Of a stretch of DNA of 60,194 bases, positions 28,801 through 36,603 are shown in pieces. A model generated the notes under the pieces. That model searched no databases, was not told the origin of the DNA, and was given only the letters and a program-made list of their open reading frames with translations. The stretch's first letter is position 1, and every line of letters starts with the position of its first letter. The DNA is from a bacterium. GTDB lineage: Bacteria; Actinomycetota; Acidimicrobiia; Spongiisociales; JAENVV01. The translations under genes and the position numbers were made by a program. The stretch is taken from positions 1 through 60,194 of the forward strand of contig JAHEFX010000004.1 in the NCBI GenBank assembly GCA_024639975.1. Direction: 5' to 3'.

Positions 28801-29310
28801 ATGCTTCAGGATGCCGGCAGCTTCTTCGATCACCGCACGGTGGTCCTCGGGCTTGGCGTTGAGGATCGAGCTGATCTGGCCCTGGCCGACGATCACGTGC
28901 TGGTGACGACCGACGCCGGAGTCCGACAGGAGCTCCTGGATGTCGAGGAGGCGGCAGTCGGTCCCATTGATCTCGTAGTCGGAGGAACCGTCCCGGTAGA
29001 GACGGCGGGTGATGGCGACCTCGTCGAGATCGACCGGCAACGCCCTGCTGGCGTTGTCGAAGACCAGCGTCACCTCGGCCCGCCCGAGTTGGGGGCGGGT
29101 TGCGGTGCCGGCGAAGATGAGGTCCTCCATCTTCTGGGTCCGCAGCGAGCTCGGCGCCTGCGTACCCATCACCCAGGCAAGGGCATCCACCACGTTCGAC
29201 TTGCCGGAGCCATTCGGCCCGACGACGACGGTGACGCCTTGTTCGAGTTCGAGGCGCGTCCGATCGGCGAACGACTTGAACCCGGTGAGTTTGAGTGAGC
29301 GCAGGTACAT
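25852..29310 (-). CDS. smc: Chromosome segregation protein SMC
   Basis: GFKSFA, GPNGSGKSN, long coiled coils with a hinge, LSGGEK, LDEVEAALDD. Confidence 0.97.
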   Translation of the reverse strand: MYLRSLKLTGFKSFADRTRLELEQGVTVVVGPNGSGKSNVVDALAWVMGTQAPSSLRTQKMEDLIFAGTATRPQLGRAEVTLVFDNASRALPVDLDEVAITRRLYRDGSSDYEINGTDCRLLDIQELLSDSGVGRHQHVIVGQGQISSILNAKPEDHRAVIEEAAGILKHRLRKDRAIRRLERTDADVLRLEDILRELKRQIRPLKRQADDAARHDDVRSELLAIRRWLGGEELRSTDRRLVDLEARTSTDEVRLDAESKELEQASAALAPLEEQAGEVGRALDRDTAAAARLETLAERLRGVGSVAGERRRTLSARFEGADERRADLEEEQTELVAGLSVVSEEETTSVGAAERAEELLGALEDEIQTLAEQEQMPAEGALVVVRSELRGLETAAERDGRELSRVDQRLAEVTKDAEAGRSELTELTEALDPARRAVEEGSEALAAAEATVETAVRAWEDADQVAREAAGRHAAATSRRDALEAVVAGAAHPVATAKAGELGSRIGSIAEVLDVPDELAHAVDTALGPFADALVFADGTDLAPIIDGLKRDGLGGVPLVAAHGGPTAIARMVAASWGVDALIDRLGPTTNAGLAAVLLGDVVLVEGWQAGWEIVSRHPEVRVVTPDGDLITAAAVSLADPDGATPAMVEVARGQAETEALAHADASAGAQTARSAAETSRTAVTTALRELREAERRLDQLTRRTETVRQRVAALDGDRSRLDERRTALVAGDDGRAERIEALRARLAALEGEEAERQAAYEALANRRAELSARRDTVRAEAQQARSVAGATRERRQTMERRLAQVEREITTLSQTRFDPEALDALTSIEDQARATLEITRGHIEALRVRQAELRSRSGEAIQRLTDARLRVDELRRTVEARRERLSTDRIALAELRVRREATAEMLRRDADCDEATALAQERPAIPEGTDPGARVDTLAADLRRMGPINPLAAHEYAELEERRAFLAEQLQDLESSRRDIRKVVEALDEQIVSLFQAAYDEVAEAFTDHVAILFPGGRGRITLTDPDDLLGSGVDITIQPLGKKVSRLSLLSGGEKSMAALAFLFAIFRARPSPFYVLDEVEAALDDANLRRFLQLVESFRGTSQLLIVTHQQQTMESADILYGVTMEPGGSSKVLSKRLQDVQEALPAVS

Positions 29311-29378
29311 GAGTTACACGTGTGTAATTGGGACCGGAAAAGCGTACCAGTCCACCCAGCGTCCGCCCGACATCACCG

Positions 29379-30203
29379 TCAGTGCTGGCAGTCGGGGCAC
29401 CAGTGGGTGGAGCGCTGGGCCAGCACCGTCCTGACGATGGTCCCGCCGCAGCGCCGGCACGGCTCCCCCTCTCGGCCGTAGGCACCGAGCGTCGCCACGT
29501 ACTCACCGGCTCGCCCGTCCGGCAACAGGTAGGCCAGGTCGTCGAGGCTGGTGCCGCCGCCCCGGAGAGCCGCTTCGAGGATGCCGGGGATGGCACGGAG
29601 GACTGCCCCGAGCTCCCTCGCCTCGAGCGAGCCGGCCGGTCGCATCGGAGCGACTGCTGCTTCGTGCAGGACCTCGTCGACGTAGATGTTGCCGAGGCCG
29701 GCGACGATGCGCTGGTCGAGCAGTAGGGCCTTGATGGGAGCAGTCCGGCCGGCGAGTGTCGGGGCGATCTCACCCACCGTCGGGAGGTCGGTCAGGGCGT
29801 CACGACCGATGCCCGACAGGACGTCGTCCAACTCGCCATCGGTGAGGCAGGCAACGAACCCGAACGTCCTCGGGTCGACCAGCCGGACCTCCCGATCGCC
29901 CACTCGCCAACGGACATGGGCATGACGGGCAGGTACTTCGTCGAAGGGCACGACCTGCATCCGCCCCGACATGCCGAGGTGGACCACGATGGTCAGGTCC
30001 CCGTCGAGGTGCCACAACATGAACTTGCCCCTGCGGTCCGTCGAGACCACGGCACGGCCACGGGACCGATCGACGAAATCGGCCGGGCGTGGCTGGCGGC
30101 GCAGCATCCGCGGGTGCCCGACCTCGATGCGGTCGATGCGGTGGCCTTCGATCACGGGGGCGAGGTGTCGTCGGGTCGACTCGACCTCGGGGAGCTCGGG
30201 CAC
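29379..30203 (-). CDS. mutM: Formamidopyrimidine-DNA glycosylase
   Basis: N-terminal PELPEVE, HLGMSG, GLGNIYVDE, C-terminal CRRC...CPDCQ zinc finger. Confidence 0.96.
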   Translation of the reverse strand: MPELPEVESTRRHLAPVIEGHRIDRIEVGHPRMLRRQPRPADFVDRSRGRAVVSTDRRGKFMLWHLDGDLTIVVHLGMSGRMQVVPFDEVPARHAHVRWRVGDREVRLVDPRTFGFVACLTDGELDDVLSGIGRDALTDLPTVGEIAPTLAGRTAPIKALLLDQRIVAGLGNIYVDEVLHEAAVAPMRPAGSLEARELGAVLRAIPGILEAALRGGGTSLDDLAYLLPDGRAGEYVATLGAYGREGEPCRRCGGTIVRTVLAQRSTHWCPDCQH

Positions 30204-30204
30204 G

Positions 30205-30876
30205 TCAGGCCAGGCGCTGGAGGGCGCCGGCCGCCGCGCGCTGCTGAGCTTCCTTCTTCGAGGTGCCGGTCCCGGTCCCGAGCACCGATCCGTCGACGAG
30301 CACCGACGCCACGAATTGGCGGGCATGGTCGGGACCCGAGGACTCGATCAGGTACTGGGGCAGGGCGCCGTCCACGGCCAGCCGCTCCTGGAGGCGGGTC
30401 TTGAAGTCGCGGCTCCCGGGATCGGTGGCCATCTCCTCGGCGATCGAGCCGAAGTGGGCAAGGGTCACATCCCGGGCGGCCTCGTACCCGGCATCGAGGA
30501 AGACGGCACCGAGGATCGCCTCCATGGCGTCGGCGAGGATCGAGTCCTTCTCCCGGCCCCCTGAGGTGACCTCGCCCTTGCCGAGACGCAGCAGCGAGCC
30601 GACCTCGAGGGATTCGGCGACCTCGGCGAGGCGGGGGCGGTCGACGGTCGAAGCCCGGGCCTTGGCAAGCTGGCCCTCGGGTAGGTCCGGATAGCGGACG
30701 TAGAGGTCGCGGGTGACGGCGAGGCCGAGCACGGCATCACCGAGGAACTCCATGCGCTCGTTGTGTGGGCTACCCGATTGCTCGGCGGAGAACGAGCGAT
30801 GGGTGAGCGCCGTCTCGAGGTAGGAGACGTCCTCGAATCGGTGACCGAGCCGGTCCTGCAGCTCCTCGAGGCCCAT
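30205..30876 (-). CDS. rnc: Ribonuclease III
   Basis: ALTHRS, NERMEFLGDAVL, ADAMEAILGA, and a dsRBD (DFKTRLQE...GPDH...SKKEAQQ). Confidence 0.97.
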   Translation of the reverse strand: MGLEELQDRLGHRFEDVSYLETALTHRSFSAEQSGSPHNERMEFLGDAVLGLAVTRDLYVRYPDLPEGQLAKARASTVDRPRLAEVAESLEVGSLLRLGKGEVTSGGREKDSILADAMEAILGAVFLDAGYEAARDVTLAHFGSIAEEMATDPGSRDFKTRLQERLAVDGALPQYLIESSGPDHARQFVASVLVDGSVLGTGTGTSKKEAQQRAAAGALQRLA

Positions 30877-31874
30877 CAGGCGATCGAGTCGGCTGCGATG
30901 CGCTCGGTGACCCTGGACACGAGGTCTCGCTCGGCGCCCTCGGCCGCGATGGCGATGGCCCCGGAGATCGCCTTCGGACTGGACGATCCATGGCCGATGA
31001 CGACCACGCCCTTCGTACCGAGCAGGTGGGCACCACCGGTGTTGTCGGGGTCGAACCGGTCCCGGAGCGCCATCAGGATCGGCGCGGCGGCGAGCTGCTG
31101 CTCCTTGGGGAGGCCGTCCATTGCGGCCGCCGCCGCCTTGGCGGTGAGCCGCAGCGCACCTTCGGCCGTCTTGAGCACGAGGTTGCCTGCGTAGCCGTCG
31201 GTAACGATCACATCGGCATTCCCGCCGGCGACGTCTCGACCCTCGACGTTGCCGATGAACTCGACGTTGTCGTCTTCCTCACCGAGAAGGCTCAGCAACT
31301 CCCAGGTGCGCTTCTCGAGCTCCCGGCCCTTGCCGTGTTCCTCACCGATGTTGAGCAAGCCGACCTTGGTGAGGGACTTGCCGTGGTAGGTCTCTGACAT
31401 GACCGTGCCGAGCAACGCGAACTGGGCGAGGTGCTCTGGCTTGCAGTCGGGGTTGGCGCCCGAGTCCAGGAGGATGACGGGGTCTGGCACCGAGGGCAGC
31501 ACGGTGGCGATCGGCGGCCGGAGCACGCCGGGAACCCGACCGATGGTGAAGACGGCAGCGGCCATGGCTGCCCCCGTCGACCCGGCCGAGACGAGGGCTG
31601 CGGCTTCGCCGTCGGCGACGAGGCGCGCCGCGACGGCGATCGAGGAATCGGGCTTCTCGCGGAGGGCCCGGGTGGGGTGGTCCCCCATGCCGATGACGGA
31701 TGGGGCGTGGACGATCGGCAGGTCGGCATCCTGCTCGGCGAGCAGGGGGGCAAGTACCGCCTCGTCCCCGACGAGTACGACATCGTGGCCGGCCGCTGCG
31801 GCTCCGATGGCGCCGGCGACCGTCACTGTGGGGGCGTCATCGCCCCCCATCGCGTCGAGAGCGACGCGAGCCAG
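30876..31874 (-). CDS. plsX: Phosphate acyltransferase PlsX (probable CTG start)
   Basis: (L)ARVALDAMGGD, VSAGSTGA, LLNIGEE.GKG, FIGNVEG, HGSS motifs. The conserved RVALDAMGGD lies upstream of the first ATG. Confidence 0.93.
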   Translation of the reverse strand: MARVALDAMGGDDAPTVTVAGAIGAAAAGHDVVLVGDEAVLAPLLAEQDADLPIVHAPSVIGMGDHPTRALREKPDSSIAVAARLVADGEAAALVSAGSTGAAMAAAVFTIGRVPGVLRPPIATVLPSVPDPVILLDSGANPDCKPEHLAQFALLGTVMSETYHGKSLTKVGLLNIGEEHGKGRELEKRTWELLSLLGEEDDNVEFIGNVEGRDVAGGNADVIVTDGYAGNLVLKTAEGALRLTAKAAAAAMDGLPKEQQLAAAPILMALRDRFDPDNTGGAHLLGTKGVVVIGHGSSSPKAISGAIAIAAEGAERDLVSRVTERIAADSIA

Positions 31875-31877
31875 TGC

Positions 31878-32063
31878 CTACTCCTCGTTCACGACACCGG
31901 GGAACTCACGGCCCCGGTAGATGCCGCAGTTCGGGCAGGCACGGTGAGGACGCTTCGGCTCACCGCACTGGGCGCAGGCCACGGCGCTGGGACGATCCAG
32001 CTTCCAGTTGGCCTTGCGACGCCGGGTGCGCGACCGGCTCATCTTCTTCTTGGGTACGGCCAC
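31878..32063 (-). CDS. rpmF: 50S ribosomal protein L32
   Basis: VAVPKKKMSRSRTRRRKANW...CAQC..PHRACPNCG.Y. Confidence 0.97.
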   Translation of the reverse strand: MAVPKKKMSRSRTRRRKANWKLDRPSAVACAQCGEPKRPHRACPNCGIYRGREFPGVVNEE

Positions 32064-32077
32064 GATGGGCTCCTTGA

Positions 32078-32575
32078 CTACTGCTCGGGTGGGAAAAGAC
32101 CTTCGAGGGCGGCGAACGGGGAATCCGATGACTCGGCGTGCCCGTCGCACGGACTGACATTCAAGTCGGTTCCACACTCAGTGCAAAGCCCCAAGCAGCC
32201 CTCTTTGCACAAAGGAGCATGGGGCATGGCCATCGCAAGCTCCTCGTGGACGGCCATCGCCAGGTCGATCCGACCGTCGGCGGAGATGGGTCTCGAGTCC
32301 TCGTCCTCTTCGTCGCCGTAGGTCTCCACCAGCGCCGTCGACACGACGCCGTCGGCATCCCGGAGGCATCGGGCGCAGACGATGCGAGCCGCCACCTCGA
32401 CCTCGCCCCGGACGACGACGGCACCGATCGCCGCTTCGATACGGACGTCGCCCAGGGCCACGTCCTCGACCTTCACCGACTCCGACGAGAGTGAGATCGG
32501 GACCTCGAGGCGCTCGTCGCGGTGCGCGCCCGGGTGGGCGAGCAGGTCCGAGACGAGGTAGCGCGAGAAGTCCAT
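32078..32575 (-). CDS. YceD/DUF177 family protein
   Basis: CARCL, PLCKEGCLGLCTECG.DLN, PFAAL; directly upstream of rpmF. Confidence 0.92.
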   Translation of the reverse strand: MDFSRYLVSDLLAHPGAHRDERLEVPISLSSESVKVEDVALGDVRIEAAIGAVVVRGEVEVAARIVCARCLRDADGVVSTALVETYGDEEDEDSRPISADGRIDLAMAVHEELAMAMPHAPLCKEGCLGLCTECGTDLNVSPCDGHAESSDSPFAALEGLFPPEQ

Positions 32576-32613
32576 GCCGAGACGGTACCGCCGTGTGGGG
32601 TGTTCTTCCTTGG

Positions 32614-33186
32614 TCAGGTCCCCTGGACCTCGGGGCTCGGACCGCGGGCCTCGTGGAGCTCGCCGAGCTCCGCGCGGATCTCGCGGAGGGCAGAGGTGAG
32701 CAGGTGATCGACCCGGCCGAGTTGCTCGATCGCCGAGTCCTCTGAGCGGAGCCGAACAGCCGAGGCTTCGACCTCCGCGTTGCGCACCAGGACGTTCGCC
32801 TCCTGGACCGCTTCGGCGAGGATCGTGTGGTCCGACACGAGCTCCTTGGCCTTGGCCCTCGCCTGGTCGAGCACCTTGTGGGCCTGTCGACGGATCTCCT
32901 CGGCGTCCTCGTTCGTCCGGGCGATGAACGACTCGCGCTCGCGGATCATCCAGCGAGCGACCCGAAGCTCCTCGGGGAGTTGGTCCTTGACCTGTTCGAG
33001 GGCTGCCAGCACCTCCTGGCGCTCGAGACGGATGTGTCCGCCCATCGTGGTCTTGGCCTCGTGGACGGCGAGTATGAGCTGCTCGAGCAGGCCCTCCACC
33101 CGGCCGATCTCGTCGGGACCGAGCTCCTCGATCGGGGTCGGTTCGTCGATGTCTTCGAACTCCGAGAGCGGGTCGTGGGGATCCAT
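32614..33186 (-). CDS. Conserved coiled-coil protein (DivIVA/ATP synthase b-like) between coaD and yceD
   Basis: LPEELRVARWMIRERE...ELVSDHTI; typical position in this actinobacterial operon. Confidence 0.8.
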   Translation of the reverse strand: MDPHDPLSEFEDIDEPTPIEELGPDEIGRVEGLLEQLILAVHEAKTTMGGHIRLERQEVLAALEQVKDQLPEELRVARWMIRERESFIARTNEDAEEIRRQAHKVLDQARAKAKELVSDHTILAEAVQEANVLVRNAEVEASAVRLRSEDSAIEQLGRVDHLLTSALREIRAELGELHEARGPSPEVQGT

Positions 33187-33656
33187 CACGGCTCCTGTTT
33201 GGAAGCGAGCGCGGCCATGACCGGCTCGGGGACGAGGGCGGCGACATCGCCTCCGAGCCGCCACACCTCCTTGACGAGGGAAGAAGAGACGAATCGGTAC
33301 TCGGCGGCGGTCGGCAGGAAGACGGTCTCGATACCGGTGAGATGGCGATTCATGTGGGCCATGCCGATCTCGTACTCCCAGTCGGCGCTCTCGCGGAGGC
33401 CCTTCACGAGGGCAGTGGCGCCGAGCTCGGAGGCCAATTCGACGAGTAGCCCGTCGAAGCCCACGACTTCTATCTGCCCATCGAACAACTCATCGACGAG
33501 GGCGGCGCGCTCTTCGAGGGTGAACAGCGGTGCCTTCGAGGGGTTGGCAACCACGCCGACCACGACCTTGTCGAAGATGTGCAGGGCACGTCGGAGCACG
33601 TCGACGTGGCCGAGTGTCGGCGGATCGAAGCTCCCGGGGCAGAGTGCCGTAGTCAC
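33186..33656 (-). CDS. coaD: Phosphopantetheine adenylyltransferase
   Basis: CPGSFDPPTLGHVD, VKGLR, VSSSLVKEV. Confidence 0.97.
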   Translation of the reverse strand: MTTALCPGSFDPPTLGHVDVLRRALHIFDKVVVGVVANPSKAPLFTLEERAALVDELFDGQIEVVGFDGLLVELASELGATALVKGLRESADWEYEIGMAHMNRHLTGIETVFLPTAAEYRFVSSSLVKEVWRLGGDVAALVPEPVMAALASKQEP

Positions 33657-34195
33657 GGCGTCCTTTCGTCGCGGTACCACCAGAGCTGGGCCGAGCCGTA
33701 GGTCCGCTCGTCGACGAGCGGCCACGGCGCCTCGGGGACCGGCTCCCCCACCCGGCGATGCAACAGCACCGTGGCTCCGGGCGCGAGGTGCGGCGCTAGG
33801 GCGGAGAGCACCTCGACAACGGAGGATATGTCCATCGGGTAGGGCGGATCAACGAATGCCAGGTCGAAGGAGCCACTCGGCGGTCTCGCCAGCACCCGCT
33901 CGACCCGGTCGACGAGCACCTTCCCACCCAGCGAAACCGCTTCGACGTTGTGCTCGAGCACCCCGGCGGTCGAGCGGTCGGCCTCCACGAAGGTCGCCGA
34001 GGCGGCGCCCCGACTGAGGGCTTCGAGTCCCATGCTCCCGGTCCCCGCGTAGAGGTCGAGGACGACGGTGTCGACGATCTCGGGAGCGAGAATGTTGAAG
34101 ATGGCCTCTCTCGCCCGATCGGTCATGGGCCGTGTCGTCTGACCCTTGGGGCTCTGCAACCGCCTGCCCCGAGCCTCTCCACCGATGATCCGCAT
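33653..34195 (-). CDS. rsmD: 16S rRNA (guanine966-N2)-methyltransferase
   Basis: MRIIGGEARGRRL, TRPMTDRAREAIFN, LDLYAGTG, DPPY. Confidence 0.95.
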   Translation of the reverse strand: MRIIGGEARGRRLQSPKGQTTRPMTDRAREAIFNILAPEIVDTVVLDLYAGTGSMGLEALSRGAASATFVEADRSTAGVLEHNVEAVSLGGKVLVDRVERVLARPPSGSFDLAFVDPPYPMDISSVVEVLSALAPHLAPGATVLLHRRVGEPVPEAPWPLVDERTYGSAQLWWYRDERTP

Positions 34196-34351
34196 GATCG
34201 GGAGGCTACGCCCCGATCGAACGATCCCAGCGAGGGCCTCCCCCGGCGGCGACACCGCCGCAGACGATGCGTCGAGTCTCGTCGATAGGCTCGGCGCCGT
34301 GATCCCACGCGAAGCGATCGAACCCACCTCATCCGGCGCCCGGGAGACCTC

Positions 34352-35581
34352 GTGACCGAGCCCGGCCCAGTACGACTCGAGATCCCGTCACCCCCCGGCG
34401 GGCCCGGCCATCACGCCGAGTTCTCCCACGTCCGGCTGTCCGAACCCGGTGCCGCTCCCCGGCCCGAGATCGACGCCGAACCGGACACCATGACGGACCT
34501 CGCCTTCGATCTCATCCGGGTGCTCGACGACGACGGCATCGCCGTCGGTCCCTGGGACCCCGGCCTCACACGGGACGACCTGCTCCGAGGCCTGCGCGAC
34601 ATGCTGACGGTGCGCTCCTACGACCGGCGGATGTTGACCGCCCAGCGCCAGGGCAAGACCTCGTTCTACATGCGGTCGCTCGGCGAGGAAGCGGTGTCGT
34701 GTGCGCACCGAGCCGAGTTGGGTCCGGAGGACATGACCTTCCCCACCTACCGACAGCAGGGCCTCCTCATCGCATCGGGGTACCCGCTCGAACTGATGAT
34801 GAACCAGGTCTACTCCAACGTGGCCGACCCGCTGCACGGCCGCCAGCTCCCGGTCATGTACACCTCGCGATCGCACGGGTTCTTCTCGATCTCGGGCAAC
34901 CTCGCCACACAGTTCATCCAGGCCGTGGGATGGGCGATGGCATCGGCGATCAAGGGCTCGACCGCGATCGCGAGCGCCTGGATCGGCGATGGCTCCACGG
35001 CCGAATCCGACTTCCACTCCGGCATGCTCTTCGCCTCCACCTACCAGCCGCCGGTCCTGCTGAACATCGTGAACAACCAATGGGCGATCTCGACGTCCCA
35101 AGACGTCGCACGCGGCCACGCATCCACCTTCGCTGCACGCGGTCTGGGATTCGGCATCCCCTCGCTCAGGGTCGACGGAAACGACTTCCTCGCCGGCCGT
35201 TCGGTCACCCGCTGGGCCGCGGACCGGGCGCGGGCCGGCCTCGGACCGACGCTCATCGAGTGGGTGACCTACCGGGCAGGCGCCCATTCCACCTCCGACG
35301 ACCCGGACGGCTACCGACCCGTGGGGGAGGCGGCAGCCTGGCCCTTGGGCGATCCGGTGGAGCGACTGGAACGACACCTCCTCGCGACCGGGGCGGCCAC
35401 GCGTGCCGAGCTGGACTCCCTGGCCGAAGAAGTCGAAGCGACGGTGGCCGAGGCCCAGGCCGCCGCCCTCGCCCACGGGACACTGCACACCCATCCCGCG
35501 TCGGTGAAGGACATGTTCGAGGACGTGTACGCAGAGATCCCCCCGCACCTGCAGGCGCAGCGCGACGAGGCCGGGTCCTGA
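34352..35581 (+). CDS. bkdA1: Branched-chain 2-oxoacid (2-oxoisovalerate) dehydrogenase E1 alpha
   Basis: QRQGKTSFY, FPTYRQQ, GRQLPVMY, GDGSTAE, NNQWAIS, YRAGAHSTSDDP. Confidence 0.93.
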   Translation: MTEPGPVRLEIPSPPGGPGHHAEFSHVRLSEPGAAPRPEIDAEPDTMTDLAFDLIRVLDDDGIAVGPWDPGLTRDDLLRGLRDMLTVRSYDRRMLTAQRQGKTSFYMRSLGEEAVSCAHRAELGPEDMTFPTYRQQGLLIASGYPLELMMNQVYSNVADPLHGRQLPVMYTSRSHGFFSISGNLATQFIQAVGWAMASAIKGSTAIASAWIGDGSTAESDFHSGMLFASTYQPPVLLNIVNNQWAISTSQDVARGHASTFAARGLGFGIPSLRVDGNDFLAGRSVTRWAADRARAGLGPTLIEWVTYRAGAHSTSDDPDGYRPVGEAAAWPLGDPVERLERHLLATGAATRAELDSLAEEVEATVAEAQAAALAHGTLHTHPASVKDMFEDVYAEIPPHLQAQRDEAGS

Positions 35582-35582
35582 C

Positions 35583-36596
35583 ATGGCTTCCATGAGCATG
35601 GTCGAGGCAATCCGCGACGCCCACGGCGTCGCCATGGAGCGGGACGAGTCGGTCGTCGTGTTCGGTGAGGACGTCGGGTTCTTCGGCGGCGTGTTCCGAT
35701 GCACCCAGGGCCTGCAGGAGCGCTTCGGGTCCCATCGGTGCTTCGACACCCCGATCAGCGAATCAGGCATCGTGGGAGCCGCGATCGGGATGGCCGCCAA
35801 CGGTCTCCGGCCGTGTGTGGAGATCCAGTTCGCCGACTACATGTACCCGGCGTACGACCAGATCGTCTCGGAGGCCGCCCGGCTCCGCCATCGCTCGGCG
35901 GGCGACTTCACCGCCCCCATCACGATCCGCATGCCGACCGGGGGCGGCATCTTCGGGGGCCAGACCCACTCCCAGAGCCCCGAGGCCCTGTTCACCCATG
36001 TGGCCGGACTGACGACGATCGTCCCCTCGAATCCCTACGACGCCAAGGGGCTCCTCCTGTCGGCGATCGAGAGCCCCGATCCCGTTGTGTTCCTGGAACC
36101 CAAGCGTCTCTACCACGGCGCCTTCGCAGGCAGACCCGATGATCGTGTGATTCCTTGGAACGAGCACGAGCTCGGCGAGGTACCCGATGGGCACTACACC
36201 GTTCCCATCGGCAAGGCAGCCGTGCGCCGGGAGGGAGCCGATCTCACGGTCGTCACCTACGGGACGATGGTCCACGTGGCCGCGACGGCCATGGACGAGT
36301 CGGGGATCGACGGCGAGATCATCGATCTCCGCACGCTCGTGCCCTTCGACATCGACCTCGTCCTGGCGTCGGTCAGGAAGACGGGCCGATGCATCGTGCT
36401 CCACGAAGCCACCAAGACCTCGGGATTCGGAGCCGAGGTCGCAGCGCTCGTCCAGGCCAAGGCCTTCTTCTCGCTCGAGGCACCGGTGCGCCGGGTCACG
36501 GGGTGGGACACGCCCTACCCCCACGCCCAGGAGTGGGACTACTTCCCCGGCCCTGACCGGCTGGTCAGGGCGATGGCCGAGACACTGGCGATCTGA
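35583..36596 (+). CDS. bkdA2: Branched-chain 2-oxoacid dehydrogenase E1 beta
   Basis: GEDVGFFGGVFR, EIQFADY, GGQTHSQSPE, VTGWDTPYPHAQEWDYFPGP. Confidence 0.94.
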   Translation: MASMSMVEAIRDAHGVAMERDESVVVFGEDVGFFGGVFRCTQGLQERFGSHRCFDTPISESGIVGAAIGMAANGLRPCVEIQFADYMYPAYDQIVSEAARLRHRSAGDFTAPITIRMPTGGGIFGGQTHSQSPEALFTHVAGLTTIVPSNPYDAKGLLLSAIESPDPVVFLEPKRLYHGAFAGRPDDRVIPWNEHELGEVPDGHYTVPIGKAAVRREGADLTVVTYGTMVHVAATAMDESGIDGEIIDLRTLVPFDIDLVLASVRKTGRCIVLHEATKTSGFGAEVAALVQAKAFFSLEAPVRRVTGWDTPYPHAQEWDYFPGPDRLVRAMAETLAI

Positions 36597-36603
36597 GGCC
36601 CGC

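Noticed and set aside
25876-29298. 1140-aa plus-strand ORF antisense to smc (and similar long shadow ORFs, e.g. 6535-8166, 44323-46155, 36688-38019)
   Set aside because: These are antisense or alternate-frame shadows expected in high-GC DNA. They have no family motifs and fully overlap confidently identified genes.
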